A stretch of DNA of 64,000 nucleotides, from positions 64,001 through 128,000 of IMG/VR virus record IMGVR_UViG_3300027917_000019; one strand, 5' to 3'. The stretch comes from a virus. Shown in pieces: positions 28,612 to 37,704 of this stretch; position 1 is the stretch's first letter, and each line of letters begins with the position of its first letter. A program made the position numbers and the translations under genes. The notes beneath the pieces are model-generated. The model searched no databases. It was not told the DNA's origin and saw only the letters and a list, made by a program, of their open reading frames with translations.

Positions 28612-29717
28612 TGGCCAGTTGGAACTATGAAACAGAAGTAGCTGCAGATACTCCGCTACATTGGTGGAAACTTAGTGATCCTTCAGGTACGGCGGCTAAA
28701 GATGACGGTAGTGCTGCTGAAGATGGTACGTATACTGGAACAGCCGGCGAGCGCCTCATAAACCAAGACCCTATTATTTGGGGAGCAAATCCAGGTCCTC
28801 AGGGGCGTGCAGTAAAGTGGAATGAAGATGCAGGCGCATTGGATGACGGCTACATGGTGCGTACTGAACCCACACTCCCTACGACTGCGATTGCTTGTGA
28901 ATTTTGGATTGAGAATCCCTCAGACGTCGTAACAACCTGGCCACTTTCCTACGTTATCACTGGCCCTGTACTGGAGTTTGCGGTAGAGTTTGTCTCAACA
29001 TCAACAATCAGAACACACATTAAGGGTACTGCGACTTCACAAACTCTTATCAGCCCACTCAACTCTATCGCAGACGGTAGAGCACATCATATTTACGTAG
29101 ATTGGCGTAATAGTGACGGGCGTTTGCGTTTGTTCCTTGACGGTGTACAACACGATGAGAACACTGCCATTCAGACAAGCGCTACGTTGACCGCAGGAGG
29201 AACGCTCATGCTGGCACAGAACCAGAGCGCTCCGGGAACGCCAGGGGCAGCCGCAGATGCTTACGAAGGGCGTATGGACCAAGTAGCTATCTACTCAGCA
29301 CCCTTGTCGGACGCCCGTATTCGTGTTCACGCAAGTGCGGGACTTATCAGGTACGCAGGGATTGAAGACCACGCCGACGCACTAACTGTAGATGAGTTTG
29401 TTGTAATGGGCACAGCAGCCCCTAACTTTGTACTAGTAGCATTTGATCCTCTACGAGGAGATGTAACCGCTCAGACAGCAACAACTTTGACCTTTACCCT
29501 CACACAAGTAGCGGGTACGTTAGTCCCCGCAGACGTTACTGTACAAATACAAGGACAAACTATCTATACAGCAGGAACCTTCTATGGAGAGTATACTGGG
29601 TCTTCTGTTGCTGACTTAGGGGCGGGGGTGTTTCAGTTTAGCTTGGTTAAGGCCACAGATTGGTCTACAGCGTCTAGACAAGAAGTTACTGTTTATCTTC
29701 CGGGTGAAACTCCGTAA
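28611..29717 (+). CDS. LamG/concanavalin A-like lectin domain structural protein
   Basis: TAATG-coupled ATG at 28611. ADTPLHWWKL, IADGRAHHI, LFLDG, GRMDQVAIYSAPLS. Confidence 0.8.
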   Translation: MASWNYETEVAADTPLHWWKLSDPSGTAAKDDGSAAEDGTYTGTAGERLINQDPIIWGANPGPQGRAVKWNEDAGALDDGYMVRTEPTLPTTAIACEFWIENPSDVVTTWPLSYVITGPVLEFAVEFVSTSTIRTHIKGTATSQTLISPLNSIADGRAHHIYVDWRNSDGRLRLFLDGVQHDENTAIQTSATLTAGGTLMLAQNQSAPGTPGAAADAYEGRMDQVAIYSAPLSDARIRVHASAGLIRYAGIEDHADALTVDEFVVMGTAAPNFVLVAFDPLRGDVTAQTATTLTFTLTQVAGTLVPADVTVQIQGQTIYTAGTFYGEYTGSSVADLGAGVFQFSLVKATDWSTASRQEVTVYLPGETP

Positions 29718-30208
29718 TGCCTGTTTCTCTCTACTTTACTGTTGAAGAACTACCTGCGGTAGACATACTGGCGCACGATACTATCATCATAACGTTTGAA
29801 CAACCGGTTGTGATAGACTCTGCTTTCTTTGACGTAACTAACTACGACATTGGTATTGTTGAAGGTGTGGGGCTGATTCAGGTAAAAGAGATTCTTTCTC
29901 CGATTGCAGATGCCGCAACATTGGAGGGTGGGCGCCCTCTAACAACCACTTATGTCATCCTACACACAGAACCTCCCACGGCAGGGACACATTACAGACT
30001 GACCGCTACAGGGCTTACAGGGACTACAGGAGGCACTGTAGCGGGCTCTAGTGAATTCATTGGGCGTAGGACTAAGACACAGTCTCTAATTCAATCTATG
30101 CCGGCACACTATGACACTCGCCCGCCTTCTGTGATACGAAACATTTTGACAGCTATAGGTATTTCTGACGAGATTATAGGCGGGTCCCGTTCTGATCGAA
30201 TACTGTAA
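29717..30208 (+). CDS. Ig-like structural protein
   Basis: IIITFEQPV...NYDI...GTHYRLTATG pattern and translational coupling. Confidence 0.5.
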   Translation: MPVSLYFTVEELPAVDILAHDTIIITFEQPVVIDSAFFDVTNYDIGIVEGVGLIQVKEILSPIADAATLEGGRPLTTTYVILHTEPPTAGTHYRLTATGLTGTTGGTVAGSSEFIGRRTKTQSLIQSMPAHYDTRPPSVIRNILTAIGISDEIIGGSRSDRIL

Positions 30209-30218
30209 GTGAGGGAAC

Positions 30219-30626
30219 ATGAGCGTAATGGATGATGTTCTTGCTGCCATTCAGCGAGACAAGGAAAAGACACAGACAGGGGATGGCGGCTGGATTGGCG
30301 CTCTTGTAGCTGGTATAATCGTCATAATTGTGACTGCTGTTTTTGCCTTCATCGCTTGGAAGAAGGGTAAAGAAGTATCTAGGATACTTCACGAGCAAGC
30401 TGTTCAGGAAGAGGATGCACACCAAGCGCGCATTGATATCATCCTCTCTGAAGGTGAAGAAGCAGCCCAGAAAGCTCTGCAGGAGGCTGAGGCTGCGCGC
30501 GTGTCTATAGAAGCGTTGGAAGAAAAACGACAACGCCTAGAGGAGGAACATCGTGAGATACGTAAGAAGATTGATGCTATCACTAGTTGGGATGACGTTG
30601 ATAGCTTCCTTGGCGGGAACCGCTGA
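30219..30626 (+). CDS. Putative inner-membrane spanin (Rz-like)
   Basis: Single N-proximal TM helix followed by a long coiled coil, upstream of the endolysin. Confidence 0.5.
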   Translation: MSVMDDVLAAIQRDKEKTQTGDGGWIGALVAGIIVIIVTAVFAFIAWKKGKEVSRILHEQAVQEEDAHQARIDIILSEGEEAAQKALQEAEAARVSIEALEEKRQRLEEEHREIRKKIDAITSWDDVDSFLGGNR

Positions 30627-31020
30627 GGCTCAACCCTCTATTAGATTCCCCGATCACACCACTATAGTTGTGGATGGGGTACGTTATGAGGGCTTTGATT
30701 TAGAAGGTTTCAGACAGCTTCTATTGATAGATGCTGACTTGTTGTACGCCACTAGATTTATCGTTCTTCTTCAAGAGGAAATTGCCACTCTTGTTGAAGA
30801 GGGAGATCTTCTAAGAGAAGTCATAGCTGAGTCGCAACTACAGATTGAGACACTACAGGCTGAGAGAGACCGTCTTCGTGCTAAGTGGGAAGAAGAGAAT
30901 CGTCTTCGTTTAGATTGTGAGAATTCTCCTGACTTCCTTAGCTGGGCTGGTTGGGGGTTGGCAGGAGCCTTTTCCGTGGCTACATTGGTGCTTGGCCTTG
31001 TCGTAGGCTTTGCTTTGTAA
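30553..31020 (+). CDS. Overlapping spanin-like protein (signal peptide, coiled coil, C-terminal TM)
   Basis: GAGGAGG RBS, GTG start, AEA-Q cleavage site and a C-terminal hydrophobic helix. No lipobox Cys. Confidence 0.5.
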   Translation: MRYVRRLMLSLVGMTLIASLAGTAEAQPSIRFPDHTTIVVDGVRYEGFDLEGFRQLLLIDADLLYATRFIVLLQEEIATLVEEGDLLREVIAESQLQIETLQAERDRLRAKWEEENRLRLDCENSPDFLSWAGWGLAGAFSVATLVLGLVVGFAL

Positions 31021-31031
31021 TTGAGGTAGAC

Positions 31032-31874
31032 ATGAGAAGACAACCGGATCCTTACAGAGGACCCACTACGCTAGGTATAGATGTCTCTTCTTGGCAAGGG
31101 CACATCCTCTGGGACACCTTAATTAAGGTTGACAGGAATAATGTTTCTTTTGCAATTTGCAGAACTGGGGATGGAATAACCCCAGATAAGAACTTCATTA
31201 GAAACTGGACAGAGTCTAAGAAGGTAGGATTGATTAGAGGATCCTATCACTACTTCCGTGCTGATAGAGACGGTAAGGCTCAAGCCGACCTCATCCTCAA
31301 GCTTCTAAAGGATGCAGGAGGGCTCACAGTGGAAGACCTTCCTCCCGCCATTGACATAGAAGCGGGTGCAGCTACAAACCTGCCCGGAGGAGTTGTTTCA
31401 GGGACTGATAAACTCTCTGCAGATGTTGTAGTAGAGGAGAGTCTAGAGTTTTTGGAGACTCTTGAAAAAGCGCTAGGAGTTACGCCAATTGTCTACACAG
31501 GTCAGGCATTCCATTGGTGGTTGAGTCAAGCTCGTCCTGAACTAGCTGTGAAGTTTACCAAGTATCCGCTTTGGGTTCCGTCCTACACTAGCATTCCTAT
31601 CATTCCTGCAGATACAGAAGGTAACCTGTTCCCCTGGCCTCAGTGGCATATTTGGCAATTTACCAAGTCTGGAACTGTACCTGGAATCAGAGGGTCTGTA
31701 GACCTAAATAAGTTCCGAGGCACCTTAGAAGAGTTTCAAGCATTCGTCGCATCTTTGCATCTCAAAGCCGAGACTAATTTGGTTGTAGATCCGAAGGACC
31801 TCATTCGCGACGAAATGAAGAAGCTCATTGAGCGCTTGGCGTTCCTTCAGATGCAGTTGGACACCAGTGCCTGA
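31032..31874 (+). CDS. Endolysin, GH25 muramidase
   Basis: GIDVSSWQG, GSYHYF, PPAIDIE, PIVYTG, YPLW, IWQFT..G.VPGI..VDLN. GAGG RBS before ATG 31032. Confidence 0.93.
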   Translation: MRRQPDPYRGPTTLGIDVSSWQGHILWDTLIKVDRNNVSFAICRTGDGITPDKNFIRNWTESKKVGLIRGSYHYFRADRDGKAQADLILKLLKDAGGLTVEDLPPAIDIEAGAATNLPGGVVSGTDKLSADVVVEESLEFLETLEKALGVTPIVYTGQAFHWWLSQARPELAVKFTKYPLWVPSYTSIPIIPADTEGNLFPWPQWHIWQFTKSGTVPGIRGSVDLNKFRGTLEEFQAFVASLHLKAETNLVVDPKDLIRDEMKKLIERLAFLQMQLDTSA

Positions 31875-31890
31875 CCCTATTTTCTATTTC

Positions 31891-32349
31891 ATGACGCCCT
31901 GGCGTCCGAGCATGCGTGATCGTGTCGATGTAATGACTGACGGTCAACGCACCGTATTCATACCCCTGAAGTATCTATATCCTGAGTGTTTGGTTCTCAT
32001 AGAGAAAGAACCAAAGCTTTACCCTCTGCAATGTTTGCGTACTTCGTGTCACAGAGACAAGAACTGTATGAATGTTTTGGCAGGAAGGGTGAAGTACTTC
32101 TTCGACAGGGTAACACCAGAAGCGGGGTTGATAATTGCTTACTACAAGTGGAGGGACCAACCGAATCTTCTTAGGGCGGGGGTATTTGACGCTGATTTTA
32201 GAGAGCCCAGACAGATTGTGTGTAGAATGTCTGCGTTCCGTAGATTTCAGAGGGAAGGGGATAACTATCGATGGGATCCTCCATCAGAGTTTTACCTGCT
32301 CAATACACCGCAGGAGATCATCCCTACGAAGGGATTGATCCATGAGTAA
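31891..32349 (+). CDS. Hypothetical protein
   Basis: Fills the gap and is coupled to the next gene. Start is uncertain (31891 or 31912). Confidence 0.6.
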   Translation: MTPWRPSMRDRVDVMTDGQRTVFIPLKYLYPECLVLIEKEPKLYPLQCLRTSCHRDKNCMNVLAGRVKYFFDRVTPEAGLIIAYYKWRDQPNLLRAGVFDADFREPRQIVCRMSAFRRFQREGDNYRWDPPSEFYLLNTPQEIIPTKGLIHE

Positions 32350-32884
32350 GTATGCCATCATTTATGCAGATCCTCCGTGGGACTACAAGGGACAGCGACA
32401 GCATAATGGCAAGGGTGGTGTAGATACTGGCGGTGCGATCGTTCATTATCCTACTATGACGTTAGATGAGCTGAAGCAGTTGGATGTAGCGTCTATATCA
32501 GAGACTGACAGTTTGTTGTTTTTGTGGACTACTTCTCCGCATCTGGATCAAGCTATTGAGCTACTCAAAGCGTGGGGGTTCCAATGGGCTACTGTGGGGT
32601 TTGTGTGGGACAAACAGCGCGTGAATCCTGGGTTCTATACGATGTCTCAATGCGAGCTTTGTCTCATTGGTAAGCGTGGGAAAATCCCACAACCTAGAGG
32701 CGCTAGAAACATTAGACAATTGCTTTCTGTTAAGCGTACAGAGCACAGCACAAAACCGGAAGAAGTTAGAAGACGTATAGAGTTGATGTTTCCTGACTGT
32801 AAAAAGGTAGAGTTGTTTGCCAGAACCAAGGTGCCGGGCTGGGATAGTTTTGGGAATGAGATCGAATCTGACATATCACTATGA
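32342..32884 (+). CDS. MT-A70 family N6-adenine methyltransferase
   Basis: IIYADPPW, HYPTM, LFLWTT, AWGF, EHSTKP, ELFAR, GWDSFGNE. Confidence 0.92.
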   Translation: MSKYAIIYADPPWDYKGQRQHNGKGGVDTGGAIVHYPTMTLDELKQLDVASISETDSLLFLWTTSPHLDQAIELLKAWGFQWATVGFVWDKQRVNPGFYTMSQCELCLIGKRGKIPQPRGARNIRQLLSVKRTEHSTKPEEVRRRIELMFPDCKKVELFARTKVPGWDSFGNEIESDISL

Positions 32885-34329
32885 AATCTGAAATTCACAT
32901 CTACGGATCCATGTCTGTACTAAAAGGGGACTACCCTAAGAGTGCTATACACATAGCCACGTCTTATCCGGTAGCAGGTGCAGAGTGGAGTAAGTCGTAC
33001 CAAAGAGGTTTGTGGGATGGGCGTAAACGTCTATTCAACAAAAGAACTGGGGCGTTTCCTACAGGACTTGTAGCCACTGTAGGCGAAGTCTGTGATGATA
33101 TGGGCTATGAGGTGGAGATCGTTGACCACCGTCCCGTACCTACTGTTGGTAACAGGACTTTTGATATACAAGGCGTGTCTATGACCGGTAACTATGCCTA
33201 TCAGTTGAGCGCCTGTAAAGCTATGGTTGACCAGAAGCAGGGTATTGTGAAGGTAGCGACCAATGGAGGAAAGACTGAGATCGCCTGTGCTGTGACAAAC
33301 TATCTAGGGTTGAAGACCCTATTTGTGGTTACTTCTAGAGAACTGCTGTACCAAGCTAGAGAACGTTTCAAAACCAGACTTGGACTTACCGATAAAGAGA
33401 TTGGTATAGTTGGTGACGGGCATTGGTCCCCGGGGTCTCTTGTAACCATTGCCACCGTAGGAACGCTTGAGTCGAGAATTGACACACAAGAGTGCCAAGA
33501 CTTGGTTCAAAATACTGAAGTTCTCTTTCTAGACGAGTGCCACCACGTTGGGAGTGAGACTTGGTACACCGTCAGTGTACTTTGCCCCGCATTCTACAGG
33601 TTTGGGCTTAGTGGAACGCCTCTTGATCGTACTGACGGTGCTAACCTCAGGTTGATTGCTGCAACCGGCTCTGTAATCTTCGAAGTGAACAACAAAGAGC
33701 TTGTTGAGTTGGGCATTAGTGCGAAAGCAGAAATCATCTTCGATCAGATTACACAACCGATCTTGAAGAAGAACATCCGCTACCCAACCGCGTACAAACA
33801 AGGAGTTTCAGAAAATCCAGAGCTTCTTGAACGTGTTGTGGAGTGGACACAGGTGTTTAAGCAGCAAGGTTTGGGAACTTTGATCTTGGTTGAGGAGATC
33901 GCCCAGGGAAACCTACTCGACAATATGTTGTGGACACAAACAAATGGTGTGTTTATTCCCCATCAATTCATCTACGGCGAAGAGGATACAGATGTTCGAC
34001 AGAAGGCGTTGAAGGACTTCGCTTCTGGTAACCTTCCAGTCTTGATTGCGTCCACCATCTTAGATGAGGGAGTAGATGTTCCTACAATCGATGCTCTTAT
34101 CCTAGCAGGATCTAGGAAGAGCAGAATACGAACGATGCAGCGTCTCGGTAGAGGACTGCGCGGTAAGAAGTTAATAGTAGTTGAGTTCGCAAATTACTGT
34201 CACAAATACCTTACCAAGCACTCGCTGAAGAGGTTGGAGGACTATAAGGCAGAAGACTGCTTCGGTATACATATGTCCGGGCCAGACGCAGTACTGGTTA
34301 AGAAGTTGTGGGCAGGTGAAGATGCGTAA
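32881..34329 (+). CDS. SF2 DNA helicase (UvsW-like)
   Basis: ATNGGKT, DECH, GLSGT, EGVDVP, QRLGRGLR. Confidence 0.9.
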   Translation: MKSEIHIYGSMSVLKGDYPKSAIHIATSYPVAGAEWSKSYQRGLWDGRKRLFNKRTGAFPTGLVATVGEVCDDMGYEVEIVDHRPVPTVGNRTFDIQGVSMTGNYAYQLSACKAMVDQKQGIVKVATNGGKTEIACAVTNYLGLKTLFVVTSRELLYQARERFKTRLGLTDKEIGIVGDGHWSPGSLVTIATVGTLESRIDTQECQDLVQNTEVLFLDECHHVGSETWYTVSVLCPAFYRFGLSGTPLDRTDGANLRLIAATGSVIFEVNNKELVELGISAKAEIIFDQITQPILKKNIRYPTAYKQGVSENPELLERVVEWTQVFKQQGLGTLILVEEIAQGNLLDNMLWTQTNGVFIPHQFIYGEEDTDVRQKALKDFASGNLPVLIASTILDEGVDVPTIDALILAGSRKSRIRTMQRLGRGLRGKKLIVVEFANYCHKYLTKHSLKRLEDYKAEDCFGIHMSGPDAVLVKKLWAGEDA

Positions 34330-34660
34330 AAGAAGTTCACCGGAAGAAGTACCTGTTGATGTTAATGGCAACATACTCAGGGCTGGTCGTGGTAGAGATG
34401 TTCACTCTTTCACCTCAGGGAAAGACACTTTCATAACAGCTTTAGCTTTACACCGAGCTTGGAAACACGGCGCTGCTTATCGCATTTTGATGATTGACAC
34501 GTCGTGTGGGAAGACTTATCCAATGTTTGCCGGGGATTTTTTTGCTATGATGAAAACAGTGTCGATGTATAAGGGAGAAATTCTAGGCGAATGGGGATAC
34601 TGCCAAAAGTCTTCTTACTACGGAATCTATTTGGTTCAGGAAATTGACACAGATGAGTAA
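34322..34660 (+). CDS. Hypothetical phage protein
   Basis: Has 8-nt overlaps at both ends. Motif YPMF..D..GEW...YGI. Confidence 0.6.
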   Translation: MRKRSSPEEVPVDVNGNILRAGRGRDVHSFTSGKDTFITALALHRAWKHGAAYRILMIDTSCGKTYPMFAGDFFAMMKTVSMYKGEILGEWGYCQKSSYYGIYLVQEIDTDE

Positions 34661-35297
34661 GCCAGAAATCTACATCGCATTTGACATTGAAGCTGACGGC
34701 CCGTGCCCCGGTTTGTACAGCATGCTTAGTTTGGGTTGTGCTGCTTATCTTCCTGATGGGACACTGGTAGACACTTTCTACACGAATCTGGAGCTTCTAG
34801 AAGGGGCTCAGCAACACCCAGACACAATGGAGTGGTGGAAGGGACAGCCTGACGCATGGGAGCAGTGTCGTAAGAACCTAGAGGTTCCTGAGGTGGCTAT
34901 GGAGCGTTTTGATACGTGGATAGCCTCTCTTTCTCACAAGTGGAAGCCTACGGCAGTTGCTTATCCTGCGGGGTTTGATTGGCCCTTCTTGTTTTACTAC
35001 TGTCATCGATTCCTAAACCACTGTCCTTTGGGCTTCATTTGTATCGATATGAAGACCCTAGGTATGGCACTTTTGGGAACTACGTACCGAGAGACTGCAA
35101 AGAAGCGTATGCCGGAGAGGTGGTTCAATACTACACTCCCACACGATCACAATGCCCTCAACGATGCGGTTGAGCAGGGGTATACTTTCGTTCAGATGTG
35201 GAAAGACCTGCATCCAGAGAAAAAGTTGCGGGTTGTGGAGATCGACCCTCCCAGGAGTCTTACAGAAACCTTTGGTAAGCTTCCCAATTGCTCGTGA
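34653..35297 (+). CDS. DEDDh 3'-5' exonuclease (Rv2179c/RNase AS-like)
   Basis: DIEADGP, SLG, FDWPF, ID, HNALNDA. Confidence 0.85.
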   Translation: MSKPEIYIAFDIEADGPCPGLYSMLSLGCAAYLPDGTLVDTFYTNLELLEGAQQHPDTMEWWKGQPDAWEQCRKNLEVPEVAMERFDTWIASLSHKWKPTAVAYPAGFDWPFLFYYCHRFLNHCPLGFICIDMKTLGMALLGTTYRETAKKRMPERWFNTTLPHDHNALNDAVEQGYTFVQMWKDLHPEKKLRVVEIDPPRSLTETFGKLPNCS

Positions 35298-35305
35298 GTT
35301 CTGAA

Positions 35306-35334
35306 TCGACTGAATAGCCGGATCGTGATATAAT
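35306..35334 (+). promoter_or_regulatory. Sigma70-type promoter (TCGACT-17-TATAAT with extended TG); leaderless
   Basis: The -10 box is at 35329-35334, so the predicted +1 is the A of ATG 35341. Confidence 0.65.
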
Positions 35335-35340
35335 CTGGGG

Positions 35341-35787
35341 ATGGTTCTCCGGATTCAAGACATTCAGCCCGGCGATCAACTCCAGATTTGGATGCGCAAT
35401 GGGTTAGCGATTTGCCCAGTAGTTACGGGCAAAGGTGTGCCTTACTACAAGGTTCCTGCTCGCCCACGAAGAGCCCGTGCTGGGGACCACACAAGGTTCT
35501 TTGGTAGGGTGGTTCAGAACCAACCTGACAAGACTATTATTACGGTATACGTATCTCCTTACAACTCTTGGAGACAACCGACCGCTGATGGGATACCTAA
35601 GCAAGTTGACTTAGCCTATTCTGCGTTAGAGCGTGTACGAAAGCTTTCAGCAGTTGCTTTCGAGGCTCGCGTAAAAACTGTTGGTGATAAAGCTACAAGA
35701 ACTACGCGACGACCTGGTAGCGTAGCCAGCTTTGGTGGGACGGACTTCCGTCCATATCACACAGTGACGGAAGTGCTTCTCCGATGA
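35341..35787 (+). CDS. Hypothetical basic protein
   Basis: 148 aa directly after the promoter, with ATGA coupling to the next gene. Confidence 0.65.
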   Translation: MVLRIQDIQPGDQLQIWMRNGLAICPVVTGKGVPYYKVPARPRRARAGDHTRFFGRVVQNQPDKTIITVYVSPYNSWRQPTADGIPKQVDLAYSALERVRKLSAVAFEARVKTVGDKATRTTRRPGSVASFGGTDFRPYHTVTEVLLR

Positions 35788-36245
35788 GATTTGAGGCGTG
35801 TGACAACTCGCCTCAGTTTTATCGTGTGAGAGAAACTAACAAGGCGCTGGTAGAGTTTCTTAGATACTCAGTGAAGCAGTCATTGAGATACTATGAAGAA
35901 GGGGCGTGGTATATTCATGTTTCTCAAGCGCTCAGCCTATCGCAGCTTGCGTATGCGACCCAAGGTCAGCTAAACTATGCAGCACTGCCCGCAGACATTC
36001 AAATGCGTATCGCTGAGGAGAAGGTATACTGGCGTCGAGGATCTCCCACTCCCGAGTGGAGGGCGTTAGAGGGAGTGTCTAAGGCACAGGCGTATGAACA
36101 ACTCTACTTGACTCCAGACGCGCCTGAGGAGGTTGTGAAGGCTGTGTGGCGCACCCTGGCTAAGATGCACCACCCTGATAGGGGTGGAGACGAAGAAACG
36201 TTCAAGAAACTGCAAGAGGCGTACGAGAAGGTGACAAGTGATTAA
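35784..36245 (+). CDS. J-domain (DnaJ-like) protein
   Basis: C-terminal AYEQL.L..A..VKAVWRTLAKMHHPDRGG..FKKLQEAYE with intact HPD. Confidence 0.88.
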   Translation: MRFEACDNSPQFYRVRETNKALVEFLRYSVKQSLRYYEEGAWYIHVSQALSLSQLAYATQGQLNYAALPADIQMRIAEEKVYWRRGSPTPEWRALEGVSKAQAYEQLYLTPDAPEEVVKAVWRTLAKMHHPDRGGDEETFKKLQEAYEKVTSD

Positions 36246-36966
36246 CATACTTCAAGGGGACAATCTGACGCTGTTAGCAACTTTAGAGGATGAAAGTTTT
36301 CACCTAATCTATATCGACCCTCCCTTCAATACCGGGAAGGTCCAGAAAAACCATCAAGGGGCGTACAACGACGCCTTTGATGACTTTTTGGATTGGATAG
36401 CACCTAGAATTGAAGAAGCCTATCGTCTGCTAACTGATGACGGTTCTTTTTTCATTCACATGGATTATCGAGAGATTCACTATGTGAAAATCTTGTGTGA
36501 CAAAATCTTTGGTCGTGACTGCTTTATGAACGAGATTGTGTGGGCATACGATTATGGAGGACGTTCCAAACGAAAGTGGTCGGCAAAGCACGACACAATT
36601 CTTTGGTATGTAAAGGATCCTGGTAGTTACACTTTCAATTTTGACGTTATGGACCGCATACCATACATGGCCCCCGGACTTGTAGGAAAAGAGAAGGCGG
36701 CCCGTGGGAAAACTCCAACAGATGTCTGGTGGCACACTATCGTACCTACCAACGGTAAAGAGCGTACAGGGTACCCTACACAGAAGCCGCTTGGAATTCT
36801 GGAGCGTATAATTAGGGTTCATTCAAATCCTGGGGACTACGTATTGGACTTCTTCGCAGGATCTGGAACTACGGGAGAAGCTGCTGTTAAGCACGACAGA
36901 CACGTCACACTAATTGATGAGAACCCGGAAGCTATTGCTGTTATGAAGAAACGTTTGGGGCAATGA
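36238..36966 (+). CDS. Beta-class N6A/N4C DNA methyltransferase (orphan)
   Basis: IYIDPPFN precedes YPTQKP and VLDFFAGSGTT. Confidence 0.93.
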   Translation: MINILQGDNLTLLATLEDESFHLIYIDPPFNTGKVQKNHQGAYNDAFDDFLDWIAPRIEEAYRLLTDDGSFFIHMDYREIHYVKILCDKIFGRDCFMNEIVWAYDYGGRSKRKWSAKHDTILWYVKDPGSYTFNFDVMDRIPYMAPGLVGKEKAARGKTPTDVWWHTIVPTNGKERTGYPTQKPLGILERIIRVHSNPGDYVLDFFAGSGTTGEAAVKHDRHVTLIDENPEAIAVMKKRLGQ

Positions 36967-37604
36967 CAGACATTCTTGAAGTACTCAGAGCGCGCAGACT
37001 ACGTTCAATAAAAGCCAGCATTGCTTTCAATGAGAAACGCGATGCGATGGTTAGTGAAAAGGCCAAGGTCGTAAAGGAAACGCTGTCTACGTTAGACGGG
37101 TCTGAACCTAAGGACGTAGAAGAAGTGCGAATGGCCGCTTTGTACTATCGTATGGTAGATGAGTACTACGCCAACCCAGCCATTAGGATGCCCCACACGA
37201 TGACGTCTAAGGGGTTGTCTCTGTGGCGAAGAGTGGTTATATCGTGTGCAGAAGCAGGAGTCGATCAAGAAGCGTACATGCGTGCCCAATTCGACTACTT
37301 TCACAAATGCTTCGGACGCCCACCCAAAATCTATCAGTTGGCAACTGATAAGGCACAAGAACGTGCGATAGCGTACGTTGCTGCCAACAAAGTCACGAAG
37401 AGAGTAGTAGGCAACGACATTCGTCACAAGGCGGATGTCGCTTCTGTTATGCGTTCTGCAGAAAAGCAGATGCTTACTATTTGTCGTGCGCAAGACATGA
37501 CTAGGGAAGAAGTGTACAGGAATCTCGTGATTCCTGGGTTCATTACATTCCCTAAGGTGTATTTGGACGCTGATCCTATTTACAAGAAGGTCATAGATGA
37601 ATGA
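36963..37604 (+). CDS. Hypothetical protein upstream of the helicase (possible loader/initiator)
   Basis: Helical 213-aa ORF. The function guess rests on position only. Confidence 0.5.
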   Translation: MTDILEVLRARRLRSIKASIAFNEKRDAMVSEKAKVVKETLSTLDGSEPKDVEEVRMAALYYRMVDEYYANPAIRMPHTMTSKGLSLWRRVVISCAEAGVDQEAYMRAQFDYFHKCFGRPPKIYQLATDKAQERAIAYVAANKVTKRVVGNDIRHKADVASVMRSAEKQMLTICRAQDMTREEVYRNLVIPGFITFPKVYLDADPIYKKVIDE

Positions 37605-37704
37605 GTGGATTTGGTTCTCTGTAGATGCGAGCATTCTTGTGCTTCTCGTGATTTGGTTTGTTATGGATCGTTGTAACCTCTACTTTCGTGGTGTTGAGGG
37701 ATGA
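37597..37704 (+). CDS. 35-aa single-TM micro-protein (not in ORF track)
   Basis: MNEWIWFSVDASILVLLVIWFVMDRCNLYFRGVEG*. AAGAAGG RBS; overlaps both neighbours. Confidence 0.6.
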   Translation: MNEWIWFSVDASILVLLVIWFVMDRCNLYFRGVEG

